Source of the DNA: Eledone cirrhosa
Taxonomy: Eukaryota
NCBI GenBank assembly: GCA_964016885.1
Contig: OZ024743.1
Span: forward strand, 186,310,001 to 186,374,000
Reading direction: 5' to 3'
Length of the DNA: 64,000 bases
Shown: positions 29,901-44,059 of the stretch, piece after piece
How positions within the stretch are numbered: the stretch's first letter is position 1
Layout: each line of letters opens with the position of its first letter
The notes under the pieces: generated by a model
Seen by the model: only the letters and a program-made list of their open reading frames with translations
What the model was told of the DNA's origin: nothing
The model's database searches: none
Made by a program: the position numbers and the translations under genes

Positions 29901-32900
29901 ACATAGTATAACAGTAATAACTGATGGTAGTGTTTCACTCCTAGGTCAGCTCTAACTACTATATCTATAACATAGTATAACAGTAATAATTGATGGTAGT
30001 GTTTCCCTCCTAGGTCTGCTCTAACTACTATATCTATAACATAGCATAACAGTAATAATTGATGGTAGTGTTTCACTCCTAGGTCAGCTCTAACTACTAT
30101 ATCTATAACATAGTATAACAGTAATAATTGATGGTAGTGTTTCCCTCCTAGGTCTGCTCTAACTACTATATCTATAACATAGTATAACAGTAATAATTGA
30201 TGGTAGTGTTTCAATCCTAGGTCAGATCTAACTACTATATCTATAACATAGTATAACAGTAATAATTGATGGTAGTGTTTCACTCCTAAGTCAGCTCTAA
30301 CAACAATATCTATAACATAGTATAACAGATGGTAGTGTTTCACTTCTAAGTCAGCTTTAAATACTATATCTATAACATAGTATAACAGTAATAATTGATG
30401 GTAGTGTTTCACTCCTAAGTCAGCACTAACTACTATATCTATAACAGAGTATAACAGTAATAATTAATGGTAGTGTTTCACTCCTAAGTCAGCACTAACT
30501 ACTATATCTATAACATAGTATAACAGTAATAATTGATGGTAGTGTTTCACTCCTAGGTCAGCTCTGACTACTATATCTATAACACAGTATAACAGTAATA
30601 ACTGATGGTAGTGTTTCACTTCTAAGTCAGCTGTAACTACTATATCTATAACATAGGATAACAGGAATAATTGATGGTAGTGTTTCACTCCTGAGTCAGC
30701 TCTAACTACTATATCTATAACATAGTATAACAGTAATAATTGATGGTAGTGTTTCACTCCTAGGTCAGCTCTAACTACTATATCTATAACATAGTATAAC
30801 AGTAATAACTGATGGTAGTGTTACACTCATAAGTCAGCTCTGACTACTATATCTATAACATAGTATAACAGTAATAATTAATGGTAGCGTTTCACTCCTT
30901 AGTCAGCTGTGACTACTATATCTATAACATAGTATAACAGTAATAATTGATGGTAGTGTTTCACTCCTAGATCAGCACTAACTACTATATCTATAACATA
31001 GTATAACAGTAATAATTGATAGACGTGTTTCACTCCTAGGTCAGCTCTAACTACTATATCTATAACATAGTATAACAGTAATAATTGATGGTAGTGTTTC
31101 ACTCCTAGGTCTGCTCTAACTACTATATCTATAACATATTATAACAGTAAAAACTGTTGGTAGTGTTTCACTTCTAAGTCAGCTGTAACTACTATATCTA
31201 TAACATAGTATAACAGTAATAATTGATGGTAGTGTTTCACTCCTAGGTCAGCTCTAACTACTATATCTATAACATAGTATAACAGTAATAATTGATGGTA
31301 GTGTTTCACTCATAGGTCAGCTCTGACTACTATATCTATAACACAGTATAACAGTAATAATTGATGGTAGTGTTTCACTCCTAGGTCAGCTCTGACTACT
31401 ATATCTATAACACAGTATAACAGTAATAATTGATGGTAGTGTTTCACTCCTAGGTCAGCTCTAACTACTATATCTATAACATAGTTTAACAGTAATAATT
31501 GATGGTAGTGTTTCACTCCTAGGTCTGCTCTAACTACTATATCTATAACATATTATAACAGTAATAACTGTTGGTAGTGTTTCACTTCTAAGTCAGCTGT
31601 AACTACTATATCTATAACATAGTATAACAGTAATAATTGATGGTAGTGTTTCACTCCTAAGTCAGCTCTGACTAGTATATCTATAACATAGTATAACAGG
31701 AATAATTGATGGTAGTGTTTCACTCCTGAGTCAGCTCTAACTACAATATCTATAACATAGTATAACAGTAATAATTGATGGGAATGTTTCACTCCTAAGT
31801 CAGCTCTAACTACTATATCTATAACATAGTATAACAGTAATAACTGATGGTAGTGTTACACTCATAAGTCAGCTCTGACTACTATATCTATAACATAGTA
31901 TAACAGTAATAATTGATGGTAGTGTTTCACTCCTAAGTCAGCTCTGACCACTATATCTATAACATAGTATAACAGTAATAATTGATGGTAGTGTTTCAAT
32001 CCTAGGTCAGATCTAACTACTATATCTATAACATAGTATAACAGTAATAATTGATGGTAGTGTTTCACTCCTAAGTCAGCTCTGACCACTATATCGATAA
32101 CATAGTATAACAGTAATAATTGATGGTAGTGTTTCAATCCTAGGTCAGATCTAACTATTATATCTATAACATAGTATAACAGTAACAATTGATGGTAGTG
32201 TTTCACTCCTAAGTCAGCTCTAACTACTATATCTATAACATAGTATAACAGTAATAACTGATGGTAGTGCTTCACTCCTAAGTCAGCTCTGACCACTATA
32301 TCTATAACATAGTATAACAGTAATAATTGATGGTAGTGTTTCACTCCTAGGTCAGCTCTAACTACTATATCTATAACATAGTATAACAGTAATAATTGAT
32401 GGTAGTGCTTCACTCCTAGTTCAGCTCTGACTACTATATCTATAACACAGTATAACAGTAATAATTGATGGTAGATTTTCACTCCTAAGTCAGCTCTAAC
32501 TACTATATCTATAACATATTATAACAGTAATAACTGATGGTAGTGTTTCACTTCTAAGTCAGCTCTAACTACTATATCTATAACATAGTATAACAGGAAT
32601 AATTGATGGTAGTGTTTCACTGCTAAGTCAGCTCTAACTACTATATCTATAACATAGTATAACAGTAATAATTGATGGTAGTGTTTCACTCCTAGGTCAG
32701 CTCTGACTACTATATCTATAACATATTATAACAGTAATAACTGTTGGTAGTGTTTCACTTCTAAGTCAGCTGTAACTACTATATCTATAACATAGTATAA
32801 CAGTAATAATTGATGGTAGTGTTTCACTCCTAATCAGCTCTGAATACTATATCTATAACATAGTATAACAGTAATAATTGATGGTAGTGTTACACTCCTA

Positions 32901-35900
32901 GGTCAGCTCTAACTACTATATCTATAACATAGTATAACAGTAATAATTAATGGTAGTGTTTCATTCCTAAGTCAGCTCTGACTACTATATCTATAACATA
33001 GTATAACAGTAATAATTGATGGTAGTGTTTCACTCCTAGATCAGCACTAACTACTATATCTATAACATAGTATAACAGTAATAATTGATGGTAGTGTTTC
33101 ACTCCTAAGTCACCTCTATCTACTATATATATAACATAGTATAACAGAAATAATTGATGGAAGTGTTTCACTCCTAAGTCAGCTCTAACTACTATATCTA
33201 TAACACAGTATAACAGTAAGAATTGATGGTAGTATTTCACTCCTAAGTCAGCTCTAACTACTATATCTATAACATAGTATAACAGTAATAATTGATGGTA
33301 GTGTTTCACTCCTAGGTCAGCTCTAACTACTATATCTATAACATAGTATAACAGTAATAATTGATGGTAGTGTTTTATTCCTAAGTCAGCTCTAACTACT
33401 ATATCTATAACATAGTTTAACAGTAATAATTGATGGTAGTGTTTTACTACTAAGTCAGCTCTAACTACTTTATCTATAACATAGTATAACAGTAATAATT
33501 AAATTTAGTGTTTCACTCCTAAATCAGCTCTGACTACTATATCTATAACATAGTATAACAGTATTAATTGATGGTAGTGTTTCACTTCTAGCTCAGCTCT
33601 GACTACTATATCTATAACATAGTATAACAGTAATAATTGATGGTAGTGTTTCACTCCTAGGTCTGCTCTAACTACTATATCTATAACATAGTATAACAGT
33701 AATAATTGATGGTAGTGTTTCACTCCTAAGTCAGCTCTAACTACTATATCTATAACACAGTATAACAGCAATAATTGATGGTAGTGTTTCACTCTTAGGC
33801 CAGCTCTAACTACGATATCTATAACATAGTATAACAGGAATAATTGATGGTAGTTTTTCCCTCCTGAGACAGCTCTAACTTCTATATCTATAACATAGTA
33901 TAACAGTAATAACTGATGGTAGTGTTACACTCCTAAGTCAGCTCTGACTACTATATCTATAACATAGTATAACAGTAATAATTAATGGTAGTGTTTCACT
34001 CCTAGGTCAGCTCTGACTACTATATCTATAACATAGTATAACAGTAATAATTAATGGTCGTGTTTCACTCCTAAGTCAGCTCTGACTACTATATCTATAA
34101 CATAGTATAACAGTAATAATTAATGGTAGTGTTTCACTCCTAAGTCAGCTCTAACTACTATATCTATAACATAGTATAACAGTAATAATTAATGGTAGTG
34201 TATCACTCCTAAGTCAGCTCTGACTACTATATCTATAACATAGTATAATAGTAATAATTGATGGTAGTGTTTCACTCCTAGATCAGCACTAACTAGTATA
34301 TCTATAACATAGTATAACAGTAATAATTGATGGTAGTGTTTCACTCCTAGGTCTGCTCTAACTACTATATCTATAACATAGTATAACAGTAATAATTGAT
34401 GGTAGTGGTTCACTCCTAGGTCAGCTCTGACTACTATATCTATAACACAGTATAACAGTGATAATTGATGGTAGTGTTTCACTCCAGGTCAGCTCTGATT
34501 ACTATATCTATAACATAGTTTAACAGTAATAATTGATGGTAGTGTTTCACTCCTAGGTCTGCTCTAACTACTATATCTATAACATATTATAACAGTAATA
34601 ACTGTTGGTAGTGTTTCACTTCTAAGTCAGCTGTAACTACTATATCTATAACATAGTATAACATGAATAATTGATGGAAATGTTTCACTCCTAAGTCAGC
34701 TCTAACTACTATATCTATAACGTAGTAAAAAAGTAATAATTGATGGTAGTGTTTCACTCCTAGTTCTGCTCTAACTACTATATCTATAACATATTATAAC
34801 AGATGGTAGTGTTTCACTTCTAAGTCAGCTGTAACTACTATATCTATAACATAGTATAACAGGAATAATTGATGGTAGTCTTTCACCCCTAAGTCAGCTC
34901 TAACTACTATATCTATAACATAGTATAACAGTAATAATTGATGGTAGTGTTTCACTCCTAGGTCAGCTCTAACTACTATATCTATAACATAGTATAACAG
35001 TAATAACTGTTGGTAGTGTTACACTCATAAGTCAGCTCTGACTACTATATCTATAACATAGTATAACAGTAATAATTAATGGTAGCGTTTCACTCCAAAG
35101 TCAGCTCTAACTGCTATATCTATAACATAGTATAACAGTAATAATTGATGGTAGTGTTTCACTTCTAGATCAGCACTAACTACTATATCTATAACATAGT
35201 ATAACAGTAATAACTGATGGTAGTGTTTCACTCCTAAGTCAGCTCTAACTACTATATCTATAACATAGTATAACAGTAATAATTGATGGTAGTGTTTCCC
35301 TCCTAGGTCTGCTCTAACTACTATATCTATAACATAGCATAACAGTAATAATTGATGGTAGTGTTTCACTCCTAGGTCAGCTCTAACTACTATATCTATA
35401 ACATAGTATAACAGTAATAATTGATGGTAGTGTTTCCCTCCTAGGTCTGCTCTAACTACTATATCTATAACATAGTATAACAGTAATAATTGATGGTAGT
35501 GTTTCAATCCTAGGTCAGATCTAACTACTATATCTATAACATAGTATAACAGTAATAATTGATGGTAGTGTTTCACTCCTAAGTCAGCTCTAACAACAAT
35601 ATCTATAACATAGTATAACAGATGGTAGTGTTTCACTTCTAAGTCAGCTTTAAATACTATATCTATAACATAGTATAACAGTAATAATTGATGGTAGTGT
35701 TTCACTCCTAAGTCAGCACTAACTACTATATCTATAACAGAGTATAACAGTAATAATTAATGGTAGTGTTTCACTCCTAAGTCAGCACTAACTACTATAT
35801 CTCTAACATAGTATAACAGTAATAATTGATGGTAGTGTTTCACTCCTAGGTCAGCTCTGACTACTATATCTATAACACAGTATAACAGTAATAACTGATG

Positions 35901-37840
35901 GTAGTGTTTCACTTCTAAGTCAGCTGTAACTACTATATCTATAACATAGGATAACAGGAATAATTGATGGTAGTGTTTCACTCCTGAGTCAGCTCTAACT
36001 ACTATATCTATAACATAGTATAACAGTAATAATTGATGGTAGTGTTTCACTCCTAGGTCAGCTCTAACTACTATATCTATAACATAGTATAACAGTAATA
36101 ACTGATGGTAGTGTTACACTCATAAGTCAACTCTGACTACTATATCTATAACATAGTATAACAGTAATAATTAATGGTAGCGTTTCACTCCTTAGTCAGC
36201 TCTGACTACTATATCTATAACATAGTATAACAGTAATAATTGATGGTAGTGTTTCACTCCTAGATCAGCACTAACTACTATATCTATAACATAGTATAAA
36301 AGTAATAATTTATAGACGTGTTTCACTCCTAGGTCAGCTCTAACTACTATATCTATAACATAGTATAACAGTAATAATTGATGGTAGTGTTTCACTCCTA
36401 CGTCAGCTCTAACTACTATATCAATAACATAGTATAACAGTAATAATTAATGGTAGTGTTTCCCTCCTAGGTCTGCTCTAACTACTATATCTATAACATT
36501 GTATAACAGTAATAATTGATGGTAGTGTTTCACTACTAAGTCAGCTCTAACTACTATATCTATAACATGGTATAACAGTAATAATTGATGGTAGTGTTTC
36601 ACTCCTAGGTCAGCTCTGACTACTATATCTATAACACAGTATAACAGTAATAATTGATGGTAGTGTTTCACTCCTAGGTCAGCTCTAACTACTATATCTA
36701 TAACATAGTATAACAGTAATAATTGATGGTAGTGTTTCACTCCTAGGTCTGCTCTAACTACTATATCTATAACATATTATAACAGTAATAACTGTTGGTA
36801 GTGTTTCACTTCTAAGTCAGCTGTAACTACTATATCTATAACATAGTATAACAGTAATAATTGATGGTAGTGTTTCACTCCTAAGTCAGCTCTGACTAGT
36901 ATATCTATAACATAGTATAACAGGAATAATTGATGGTAGTGTTTCACTCCTGAGTCAGCTCTAACTACAATATCTATAACATAGTATAACAGTAATAATT
37001 GATGGAAATGTTTCACTCCTAAGTCAGCTCTAACTACTATATCTATAACATAGTATAACAGTAATAACTGATGGTAGTGTTACACTCAAAAGTCAGCTCT
37101 GACTACTATATCTATAACATAGTATAACAGTAATAATTGATGGTAGTGTTTCACTCCTAAGTCAGCTCTGACCACTATATCTATAACATAGTATAACAGT
37201 AATAATTGATGGTAGTGCTTCAATCCTAGGTCAGATCTAACTACTATATCTATAACATAGTATAACAGTAATAATTGATGGTAGTGTTTCACTCCTAAGT
37301 CAGCTCTGACCACTATATCTATAACATAGTATAACAGTAATAATTGATGGTAGTGTTTCAATCCTATGTCAGATCTAACTATTATATCTATAACATAGTA
37401 TAACAGTAACAATTGATGGTAGTGTTTCACTCCTAAGTCAGCTCTAACTACTATATCTATAACATAGTATAACAGTAATAATTGATGGTAGTGTTTCACT
37501 CCTAAGTCAGCTCTGACTACTATATCTATAACATAGTATAACAGTAATAATTGATGGTAGTGTTTCACTCCTAGGTCAGCTCTAACTACTATATCTATAA
37601 CATAGTATAACAGTAATAATTGATGGTAGTGCTTCACTCCTAGGTCAGCTCTGACTACTATATCTATAACACAGTATAACAGTAATAATTGATGGTAGAT
37701 TTTCACTCCTAAGTCAGCTCTAACTACTATATCTATAACATATTATAACAGTAATAACTGATGGTAGTGTTTCACTTCTAAGTCAGCTCTAACTACTATA
37801 TCTATAACATAGTATACCAGGAATAATTGATGGTAGTGTT
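27000..37840. repeat. Older ~5-6 kb duplication (~27.0-32.6 kb and ~33.0-37.8 kb) with internal monomer losses
   Basis: The ORF boundary offset shrinks stepwise: 27452/33505 (6053), 28274/34189 (5915), 30464/35757 and 30899/36192 (5293), 31553/36777 and 31862/37086 (5224). Both copies carry two 9-bp-deleted monomers and the TAGACGTG variant (~31020, ~36313). Confidence 0.88.
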
Positions 37841-38099
37841 TCACTCCTGAGTCAGCTCTAACTACTATATCTATAACATAGTATAACAGTAATAATTGAT
37901 GGTAGTGTTTCACTCCTAGGTCAGCTCTAACTACTATATCTATAACATAGTATAACAGTAATAATTGATGGTAGTGTTTCACTCCTAAGTCAGCTCTGAC
38001 TACTATATCTATAACATAGTATAACAGTAATAACTGATGGTAGTGTTTCACTCCTAGGTCAGCTCTAACTACTATATCTATAACATAGTATAACAGTAA

Positions 38100-41000
38100 T
38101 AACTGATGGTAGTGTTTCACTCCTAGGTCAGCTCTAACTACTATATCTATAAAATAGTATAACAGTAATAACTGATGGTAGTGTTACACTCATAAGTCAG
38201 CTCTGACTACTATATCTATAACATAGTATAACAGTAATAATTGATGGTAGTATTTCACTCCTAGGTCAGCTCTGACTACTATATCTATAACATAGTATAA
38301 CAGTAATAATTAATGGTAGTGTTTCACTCCTAAGTCAGCTCTGACTACTATATCTATAACATAGTATAACAGTAATAATTGATGGTAGTGTTTCACTCCT
38401 AGGTCAGCTCTAACTACTATATCTATAACTTAGTATAACAGTAATTATTGATGGTAGTGTTTTACTCCTAAGTCAGCTCTAACTACTATATCTATAACAT
38501 AGTTTAACAGTAATAATTGATGGAAGTGTTTTACTACTAAGTCAGCACTAACTACTTTATCTATAACATAGTATAACAGTAATAATTAAATTTAGTGTTT
38601 CACTCCTAAATCAGCTCTGACTACTATATCTATAACATAGTATAACAGTAATAATTGATGGAAGTGTTTCACTCCTAGGTCAGCTCTAACTACTATATCT
38701 ATAACATAGTATAACAGTAATAATTGATGGTAGTGTTTCACTCCTAGGTCAGCTCTAACTACTATATCTATAACATAGTATAACAGTAATAACTGATGGT
38801 AGTGTTACACTCATAAGTCAGCTCTGACTACTATATCTATAACATAGTATAACAGTAATAATTGATGGTAGTGTTTCACTCCTAAGTCAGCTCTGACCAC
38901 TATATCTATAACATAGTATAACAGTAATAATTGATGGTAGTGTTTTAATCCTTGGTCAGATCTAACTACTATATCTATAACATAGTATAACAGTAATAAT
39001 TGATGGTAGTGTTTCACTCCTAAGTCAGCTCTAACAACAATATCTATAACATAGTATAACAGTAATAATTGATGGTAGTGTTTCACTCCTAGGTCAGCTC
39101 TAACTACAATATCTATAACACAGTATAACAGTAATAATTGATGGTAGTGTTTCACTCCTAGGTCAGCTCTGATTACTATATCTATAACATAGTTTAACAG
39201 TAATAATTGATAGTAGTGTTTCACATCTAGTTCTGCTCTAACTACTATATCTATAACATAATATAACAGTAATAACTGATGGTAGTGTTTCACTTCTAAG
39301 TCAGCTGTAACTACTATATCTATAACATACGATAACAGGAATAATTGATGGTAGTGTTTCACTCCTGAGTCAGCTCTAACTACTATATCTATAACATAGT
39401 ATAACAGTAATAATTGATGGTAGTGTTTCACTCCTAGGTCAGCTCTGACTACTATATCTATAACACAGTATAACAGTAATAATTGATGGTAGATTTTCAC
39501 TCCTAAGTCAGCTCTAACTACTATATCTATAACATATTATAACAGTAATAACTGATGGTAGTGTTTCACTTCTAAGTCAGCTCTAACTACTATATCTATA
39601 ACATAGTATAACAGTAATAACTGATGGTAGTGTTACACTAATAAGTCAGCTCTGACTACTATATCTATAACATAGTATAACAGTAATAACTGATGGAAGT
39701 ATTTCACTCCTAAGTCAGCTCTGACTACTATATCTATAACATAGTATAACAGTAATAATTAATGGTAGCGTTTCACTCCTAAGTCAGCTCTGACTACTAT
39801 ATCTATAACATAGTATAACAGTAACAATTGATGGTAGTGTTTCACTCCTAGATCAGCACTAACTACTATATCTATAACATAGTATAACAGTAACAATTGA
39901 TGGTAGTGTTTCACTCCTAAGTCACCTCTATCTACTATATCTATAACATAGTATAACAGTAATAATTGATGGAAGTGTTTCACTCCTAAGTCAGCTCTAA
40001 CTACTATATCTATAACATAGTATAACAGTAATAATTGATGGTAGTGTTTCACTCCTAAGTCAGCTCTGACTACTATATCTATGACATAGTATAACAGTAA
40101 TAATTGATGGTAGTGTTTCACTCCTAGGTCAGCTCTGACTACTATATCTATAACATAGTATAACAGTAATAATTGATGGTAGTGTTTCACTCCTAAATCA
40201 GCTCTAACTACTATATCTATAACATAGTATAACAGTAATAATTGATGGTAGTGTTTCATTCCTAAGTCAGCTCTAACTACTATATCTATAACATAGTATA
40301 ACAGTAATAATTGATGATAGTGTTTCACTCCTAAGTCAGCTCTAACTACTATATCTATAAAATAGTATAACAGTAATAACTGATGGTAGTGTTACACTCA
40401 TAAGTCAGCCCTGACTACTATATCTATAACATAGTATAACAGTAATAATTGATGGTAGTGTTTCACTCCTAAGTCAGCTCTGACTACTATATCTATAACA
40501 TAGTATAACAGTAATAATTGATGGTAGTGTTTCACTCCTAGGTCAGCTCTAACTACTATATCTATAACATAGTATAACAGTAATTATTGATGGTAGTGTT
40601 TTACTCCTAAGTCAGCTCTAACTACTATATATATAACATAGTTTAACAGTAATAATTGATGGAAGTGTTTTACTACTAAGTCAGCCCTAACTACTTTATC
40701 TATAACATAGTATAACAGTAATAATTAAATTTAGTGTTTCACTCCTAAATCAGCTCTGACTACTATATCTATAACATAGTATAACAGTAATAATTGATGG
40801 AAGTGTTTCACTCCTAGGTCAGCTCTAACTACTATATCTATAACATAGTATAACAGTAATAATTGATGGTAGTGTTTCACTCCTAGGTCAGCTCTAACTA
40901 CTATATCTATAACATAGTATAACAGTAATAACTGATGGTAGTGTTACACTCATAAGTCAGCTCTGACTACTATATCTATAACATAGTATAACAGTAATAA

Positions 41001-41680
41001 TTAATGGTAATATTTCACTCCTAGGTCAGCTCTAACTACTATATCTATAACATAGTATAACAGTAATAATTAATAGTAGTGTTTCACTCCTAAGTCAGCT
41101 CTGACCACTATATCTATAACATAGTATAACAGTAATAATTGATGGTAGTGTTTCAATCCTTGGTCAGATCTAACTACTATATCTATAACATAGTATAACA
41201 GTAATAATTGATGGTAGTGTTTCACTCCTAAGTCAGCTCTAACAACAATATCTATAACATAGTATAACAGTAATAATTGATGGTAGTGTTTCACTCCTAG
41301 GTCAGCTCTAACTACAATATCTATAACATAGTATAACAGTAATAATTGATGGTAGTGCTTCACACCTAGGTCAGCTCTGACTACTATATCTATAACACAG
41401 TATAACAGTAATAATTGATGGTAGTGTTTCACTCCTAGGTCAGCTCTGATTACTATATCTATAACATAGTTTAACAGTAATAATTGATAGTAGTGTTTCA
41501 CATCTAGTTCTGCTCTAACTACTAAATCTATAACATAATATAACAGTAATAACTGATGGTAGTGTTTCACTTCTAAGTCAGCTGTAACTACTATATCTAT
41601 AACATACGATAACAGGAATAATTGATGGTAGTGTTTCACTCCTGAGTCAGCTCTAACTACTATATCTATAACATAGTATA
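38100..41680. repeat. Duplicated block ~38.1-39.4 kb and ~40.3-41.7 kb, offset 2139-2277 bp (31-33 monomers)
   Basis: TAAATTTAG at 38587/40726 (2139). CATCTAGTTC at ~39224/41501 (2277). Shared CATACGATAAC and ATCCTTGG variants. Confidence 0.82.
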
Positions 41681-44059
41681 ACAGTAATAATTGATGGTAG
41701 TGTTACACTAATAAGTCAGCTCTGACTACTATATCTATAACATAGTATAACAGTAATAATTGATGGTAGTGTTTCACTCCTAATTCAATCTCTAACTACT
41801 ATATCTATAACATAGCATAACAGTAATAATTGATGGTAGTGTTTCACTCCTAGGTCAGCTCTAACTACTATATCTATAAAATAGTATAACAGTAATAACT
41901 GATGGTAGTGTTACACTCATAAGTCAGCTCTGACTACTATATCTATAACATAGTATAACAGTAATAATTAATGGTAGTGTTTCACTCCTAAGTCAGCTCT
42001 GACTACTATATCTATGACATAGTATAACAGTAATAATTGATGGTAGTGTTTCACTCCTAGGTCAGCTCTAACTACTATATCTATAAAATAGTATAACAGT
42101 AATAATTGATGGTAGTGTTTCACTCCTAAATCAGCTCTAACTACTATATCTATAACATAGTATAACAGTAATAATTGATGGTAGTGTTTCATTCCTAAGT
42201 CAGCTCTAACTACTATATCTATAACATAGTATAACAGTAATAATTGATGATAGTGTTTCACTCCTAAGTCAGCTCTAACTACTATATCTATAACATAGTA
42301 TAACAGTAATAATTGATGGTAGTGTTTCACTCCTAAGTCAGCTCTGACCACTATATCTATAACATAGTATAACAGTAATAATTGATGGTAGTGTTTCAAT
42401 CCTTGGTCAGATCTAACTACTATATCTATAACATAGTATAACAGTAATAATTGATGGTAGTGTTTCACTCCTAAGTCAGCTCTAACTACTATATCTATAA
42501 CATAGTATAACAGTAATAATTGATGATAGTGTTTCACTCCTAAGTCAGCTCTAACTACTATATCTATAACATAGTATAACAGTAATAATTGATGGTAGTG
42601 TTTCATTCCTAAGTCAGCTCTAACTACTATATCTATAAAATAGTATAACAGTAATAACTGATGGTAGTGTTTCACTCCTAAGTCATCTCTGACAACTATA
42701 TCTATAACATAGTATAACAGTAATAATTAATGGTAGTGTTTCACTCCTAAGTCAGCTCTGACTACTATATCTATAACATAGTATAACAGTAATAATTGAT
42801 GGTAGTGTTTCACTCCTAAGTCAGCTCTGACTACTATATCTATAACATAGTATAACAGTAATAATTAATGGTAGTGTTTCAATCCTAGGTCAGCTCTAAC
42901 TACAATATCTATAACATAGTATAACAGTAATAATTGATGGTAGTGTTTCACTCCTAAGCCAGCTCTAACTACTATATCTATAACATAGTATAACAGGAAT
43001 AATTGATGGTAGTGTTTCACTCCTAAGTCAGCTCTAACTACAATATCTATAACATAGTATAACAGTAATAATTAATGGTAGTGTTTCACTCATAAGTCAG
43101 CTCTGACTACTATATCTATAACATAGTATAACAGTAATAATTGATGGTAGTGTTTCACTCCTAGATCAGCACTAACTAGTAAATCTATAACATAGTATAA
43201 CAGTAATAATTGATGGTAGTGTTTCACTCCTAAGTCAGCTCTAACTACAATATCTATGACATCGTATAAAAGTAATAATTGATGGAAGTGTTTCACTCCA
43301 AGGTCTGCTCTAACTACTATATCTATAACACAGTATAACAGTAATAATTGATGGAAGTGTTCCACTCCTAAGTCAGCTGTAACTACTATATCTATAACAT
43401 AGTATAACAGTAAAAATTGATGGTAGTGTTTCACTCCTAGGTCAGTTCTGACTACTATATCTATAACATAGTATAACAGTAATAATTGATGGTAGTGTTT
43501 CACTCCTAAGTCAGCTCTGACTACTATATCTATAACATAGTATAACAGGAATAATTGATGGTAGTGTTTCACTCCTGACTCAGCTCTAACTACTATATCT
43601 ATAACATAGTATAACAGTAATAACTGATGGTAGTGTTACACTCATAAGTCAGCTCTGACTACTATATCTATAACATAGTATAACAGTAATAATTAATGGT
43701 AGCGTTTCACTCCTAAGTCAGCTCTGACTACTATATCTATAACATAGTATAACAGTAATAATTGATGGTAGTGTTTCACTCCTAGATCAGCACTAACTAC
43801 TATATCTATAACATAGTATAACAGTAATAATTGATGGAAGTGTTTCACTCCTAAGTCAGCTCTAACTACAATATCTATAACATAGTATAACAGTAATAAT
43901 TGATGTTAGTTTTTCACTCCTAGGTCAGCTCTAACTACTATATCTATAACATAGTATAACAGTAATAATTGATGGTAGTGTTTCACTCCTAAGTCAGCTC
44001 TAACTACAATATCTATAACATAGTATAACAGTAATAATTGATGGTAGTGTTTCACTCCT

